A DNA stretch of 64,000 nucleotides from NCBI GenBank assembly GCA_030696105.1, contig JAUYNJ010000005.1, positions 13,678 to 77,677 on the forward strand, read 5' to 3'. Below, piece after piece: positions 61,051-64,000 of this stretch. The notes beneath the pieces are model-generated. The model saw only the letters and a list, made by a program, of their open reading frames with translations. It ran no database searches and was not told where the DNA came from. Within the stretch, counting starts at the first letter, position 1, and the number at the start of each line of letters is the position of its first letter. Source of the stretch: a bacterium (GTDB lineage: Bacteria; Patescibacteriota; Patescibacteriia; Patescibacteriales; UBA12465). The position numbers were made by a program, and so were the translations under genes.

Positions 61051-62517
61051 ATGAATATACCAGCTCACATCTTAAATATTGTTAAAGAATTGCTACGCTC
61101 CGGGTATACCGCGGAATTCGTGGGCGGTTGTGTTCGCGATTTACTGATGGCTAAGCAGCCTAAAGATTGGGACTTAACAACCAATGCGCGTCCAGAGCAA
61201 ATCTTGGCGGTTTTTGCTGAGGCAAAATACGAAAATGATTTCGGCACTGTCATCATCCCGCTTCGTGATGAAGAGGGCAAAGTACTTGATGTCGTTGAAA
61301 TTACAACTTATCGCAGTGAGAAAGGTTACGCCGACTCGCGGCATCCTGATGAGGTTCGTTTTGAAGATGAGCTTGATAAAGACCTGGAACGTCGTGACTT
61401 TACCGTCAACGCGATGGCGCTCCGTCTTGACCCGGAAGGTACGCATGAATTTGATGGTGAAAAGTTCACCGTTGTTGATTTATTCGGTGGTATTAAGGAT
61501 ATTAAGAAAAAAGTCATTAGAGCTGTTGGAGAGCCCTCAGATCGCTTTAAGGAGGACGCCTTACGTATGATGCGCGCGATACGCTTTTGTGCACAGCTTA
61601 ATTATGAGCTTGAGCCGAAGACTCAGCGCGGAATTGTGAAGCTCGCGGGCAGTTTGAAGTTCGTCGCCAAAGAACGCATTAAGGATGAGTTGATTAAAAT
61701 CCTCGCTTCTAATCGCCCTGATGAGGGCATTATGGCCTTATACGAAGCAAAGCTGCTGCAATATATTATTCCTGAGCTTGAGCAGGGAGTTGGCGTGCGA
61801 CAAAATCACCATCATATTTATCAGGTTTTTAAGCATAACTTATTATCGCTCAAGCATTGCCCGAGCCCTGAATGGCAAGTACGCTTCGCCGCTTTACTGC
61901 ATGATGTCGGCAAGCCGAAAAGCAAGAAAATTCTTAAAGGGGAAGCGACCTTCTATAATCACGAATACATTGGCGCTAAAATGGTTGATCGGATTATGAC
62001 GCGCTTGAAGTTTAAGAATGAAGATCGAGAGCGAGTGGTAAATCTGGTTAAAAACCACATGTTTTACTATAATGTCGGTGAGGTAACGGCCGCCTCAGTT
62101 AGACGTTTAGTTAGTAAAGTCGGTCGTGATAACTTGAAAGACTTAATTGATTTACGCGTGGCCGACCGTCTTGGTTCCGGCACACCGAAGGCGATGCCAT
62201 ATAAACTTAGGCATTTGCAATACATGTTAGAAAAAGTACAGCACGATCCAGTTTCCGTTAAAATGCTTGCAGTTAATGGTAATGACTTAATGACACAGTT
62301 AGAGCTAACGCCCGGACCAAAAATCGGCGCCATTCTTGATGTGCTTCTCGGCGAGGTTTTAGAGGACCCGGAGAGAAATAATAAGGAATATTTGTTGGAG
62401 CGCGCCAAACTCTTAAATGCTGATGATTTAGAATCGCTGCGCCAGCAGGCAAGGGAATTAATTGAAGAAAAGCGGGCAGATGAAGATCAAGATATGCAGA
62501 AACGTTATAAAGTATAA
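61051..62517 (+). CDS. cca: CCA-adding tRNA nucleotidyltransferase with HD domain
   Basis: 488 aa. GGCVRDLLM..PKDWDL, RDFTVNAM and LLHDVGKP. Confidence 0.88.
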   Translation: MNIPAHILNIVKELLRSGYTAEFVGGCVRDLLMAKQPKDWDLTTNARPEQILAVFAEAKYENDFGTVIIPLRDEEGKVLDVVEITTYRSEKGYADSRHPDEVRFEDELDKDLERRDFTVNAMALRLDPEGTHEFDGEKFTVVDLFGGIKDIKKKVIRAVGEPSDRFKEDALRMMRAIRFCAQLNYELEPKTQRGIVKLAGSLKFVAKERIKDELIKILASNRPDEGIMALYEAKLLQYIIPELEQGVGVRQNHHHIYQVFKHNLLSLKHCPSPEWQVRFAALLHDVGKPKSKKILKGEATFYNHEYIGAKMVDRIMTRLKFKNEDRERVVNLVKNHMFYYNVGEVTAASVRRLVSKVGRDNLKDLIDLRVADRLGSGTPKAMPYKLRHLQYMLEKVQHDPVSVKMLAVNGNDLMTQLELTPGPKIGAILDVLLGEVLEDPERNNKEYLLERAKLLNADDLESLRQQARELIEEKRADEDQDMQKRYKV

Positions 62518-62556
62518 TTATAAAAAGTCCCGCAAGGGGCGCTTAAATAATTTTTT

Positions 62557-63351
62557 ATGAGAAAATACAACAAACCATTCTTAGTGCTCGGGTTAATGGC
62601 TTTAGTGTTTACACTATCAGCCTGCGGCACCAGCACGCCTGATGTAAATGACAATGTCGACCTTTTCGATGAAGGGGCGACGCCAATTGCAACCACAGGT
62701 AATGGCTCAAGTACCGAGCCAGATAAAAAACTAAATCTTGGTGATCTCTCGGTCGAGAAGGCTCCAGATAATAACAACAATATGACCAGCAACGAACAAG
62801 CAGAATTTACTGAGGCCTTGTCCTCTAAGGTCTTACCGCCAGATAAACAGGCCGACTTAGTGTCACAGTATAGCGGCGCCTTGATTAAGACTAATATGGG
62901 TGATATTAAGGTTGAATTCTATAAAGAATCACCAATGACGGTTAACAATTTCATGCACCTAGCTCAAGCCGGTTTCTATGACGGCTCTAAGTTCCACCGC
63001 GTGATTAAGGATTTTATGGTGCAGGGAGGCGATCCAAACAGTAAGGATGATGACTGGAGCAATGATGGCTTCGGTGGCCCTGGATATTATTTCAAAGATG
63101 AAATAAATGAACAGAAACTGGTCGCTGGCTCACTCGCTATGGCTAATAGCGGCGCTGGGACAAGCACTAATGGCTCACAGTTCTTCATTGTAACTGCCGC
63201 TGCCACTCCATGGCTCGATGGTTCACACACTAATTTCGGTCGCGTGACTGTTGGTATGGATGTGGTTAGAAATATAGAAAATGTCAGTGTGAACGGTAAT
63301 GATCATCCGACTGAGGATATGGTTATAAATAGTATCGAATTATTGAAGTAA
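62557..63351 (+). CDS. cyclophilin-type peptidyl-prolyl isomerase, lipoprotein
   Basis: 264 aa. Lipobox LSACG, a low-complexity linker, then FHRVIKDFMVQGGDP and NGSQFFI. Confidence 0.9.
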   Translation: MRKYNKPFLVLGLMALVFTLSACGTSTPDVNDNVDLFDEGATPIATTGNGSSTEPDKKLNLGDLSVEKAPDNNNNMTSNEQAEFTEALSSKVLPPDKQADLVSQYSGALIKTNMGDIKVEFYKESPMTVNNFMHLAQAGFYDGSKFHRVIKDFMVQGGDPNSKDDDWSNDGFGGPGYYFKDEINEQKLVAGSLAMANSGAGTSTNGSQFFIVTAAATPWLDGSHTNFGRVTVGMDVVRNIENVSVNGNDHPTEDMVINSIELLK

Positions 63352-63362
63352 ATTAGTTTTAC

Positions 63363-63389
63363 AAAAACCGGCTTTTGCCGGTTTTTTTG
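63363..63389 (+). terminator. rho-independent terminator
   Basis: AAAAACCGGC-TTTT-GCCGGTTTTT followed by a T run. Confidence 0.78.
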
Positions 63390-63489
63390 TTTAATGTCTC
63401 GGAATATATACTTACGATTTCTCTAAATTAATTATTATGGACAAATCCCGAAATAAGTTTATAATAATGATAATGTGAATAAAAGCTTT

Positions 63490-64000
63490 ATGAATGTATA
63501 TCTAGATAACGCCGCCACCACCCGCATTGATCCGCGCGTGCTTAAAGCGATGATGCCTTACCTTAGTGAAAAATACGGTAACGCTTCCTCAATTCACGCC
63601 CTTGGACAAGATAATAATCTCATCCTTGAGCAGACAAGAGCCGCCATCGCCGGTCTTTTAAAGGCGGAGACAAGTGGTCTTTTATTTACCAGTGGGGCCA
63701 GCGAGGCAAATAATTATATCCTGCGCGGAATAATGTCGGCTAATAAAGCGAAGGGGAAACACTTGGTTGTTTCTGCCATTGAACACCCTTCTGTTTTACA
63801 GACGGCGAGAGAACTTTCACGTGCAGGCTATGAGCTCGATATTGCGCCCGTCGATGCCGATGGTCGTGTTGATTTAAAAGCTCTCAAGAAAATTGTTCGT
63901 GAAGACACAGCGCTCGTTTCGGTGATGGCAGTTAATAATGAAATTGGTACAATTCAAGATCTAGAAGCGATTGCGCAAATTGCACACGCGAAAGGTGCTT
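63490..64000 (+). CDS. cysteine desulfurase, NifS/IscS class (N-terminal fragment, runs off window)
   Basis: Not in the ORF track because it has no stop. ATG 63490 opens MNVYLDNAATTRIDPRVLKAMMPYL...GNASSIHALG...FTSGASEANN...SAIEHPSV, still open at base 64000. Confidence 0.88.
   Translation, partial: MNVYLDNAATTRIDPRVLKAMMPYLSEKYGNASSIHALGQDNNLILEQTRAAIAGLLKAETSGLLFTSGASEANNYILRGIMSANKAKGKHLVVSAIEHPSVLQTARELSRAGYELDIAPVDADGRVDLKALKKIVREDTALVSVMAVNNEIGTIQDLEAIAQIAHAKGA

Noticed and set aside
62518-62556. Terminator between cca and the PPIase gene (GTCCC-GCAA-GGGGC hairpin)
   Set aside because: The stem is short with a G-U pair and is not followed by a T run. It is probably not a functional intrinsic terminator.
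1-64000. CRISPR arrays, transposases, integrases, prophage genes, restriction-modification or toxin-antitoxin pairs
   Set aside because: I found no spaced direct-repeat array and no ORF with recombinase, transposase, cas, methyltransferase-endonuclease or small paired toxin/antitoxin features. The absence is judged by eye only.
1-64000. Alternative genetic code (UGA recoding, as in some candidate phyla)
   Set aside because: Conserved genes terminate at the expected length on TGA as well as TAA and TAG (for example permease 1 at 9013-9015). No conserved protein is interrupted by an in-frame TGA.
1-64000. SufU/IscU-like 3' fragment at the window start and NifS-like 5' fragment at the window end, as if a nifS-nifU operon wrapped around a ~65 kb circle
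   Set aside because: This is most likely coincidence, or two separate Fe-S loci. A ~65 kb replicon carrying this many core genes is implausible, and nothing inside the window can test circularity. The full contig would settle it.

Overview
This is a 64 kb chromosomal segment with a GC content in the low 40s percent (hand-counted on a few lines only). It uses the standard genetic code, since ORFs end cleanly on TAA, TAG and TGA. I count about 58 protein genes and 2 tRNAs. I found no rRNA, CRISPR array, transposase, integrase or phage genes.

Several traits suggest a small-genome monoderm bacterium, plausibly Patescibacteria/CPR, but this is inference only:
- a half-size TsaB and a pyruvate kinase lacking its C-terminal domain
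- Gmad2, DUF4012 and DUF11-type surface proteins, and a sigma-region-4 plus HARE-HTH protein
- tRNAs without encoded CCA alongside a CCA-adding enzyme
- few Shine-Dalgarno sites and many 1-14 nt gene overlaps
- a truncated dcw cluster

Housekeeping genes:
- Translation and RNA: greA, an ABC-F ATPase, a DEAD-box helicase, hisS, cysS, dus, rnhB, rsmH, rlmN, tgt, cca, rpsB-tsf.
- Cell division and wall: mraZ, ftsL-like, ftsI, murF.
- Glycolysis and redox: pyk, eno, gap, Fe-type SOD.
- Other: rarA, PPIase, and Fe-S genes at both window edges.

Less ordinary blocks:
1. 5.1-10.9 kb: a MacAB-type exporter with a 642-aa adaptor, two paralogous permeases and a neighbouring Met/Gly-rich secreted protein.
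2. 11.1-17.0 kb: Kef-type antiporter, GH3 adenylating enzyme, ECF sigma, putative anti-sigma, TspO (N-terminus out of frame at an A7 run) and DUF1295.
3. 17.1-21.7 kb, minus strand: a copper operon of csoR, an HMA/DsbD_2/cupredoxin fusion, DUF305 and copA, with a CsoR-operator-like site.
4. 35.8-48.0 kb: an envelope region.

My best candidate for an undescribed system is a tightly coupled operon at 39.6-48.0 kb. It encodes a TM/globular protein of unknown family, GT4, DUF4012, a DUF11-type wall protein and a Tgt homologue lacking all four zinc ligands. A sigma-r4/HARE-HTH gene and a 26-nt palindrome precede it.

All calls rest on reading translations and motifs by eye. No database, HMM, alignment or folding software was run, and family names are recalled from motif memory.
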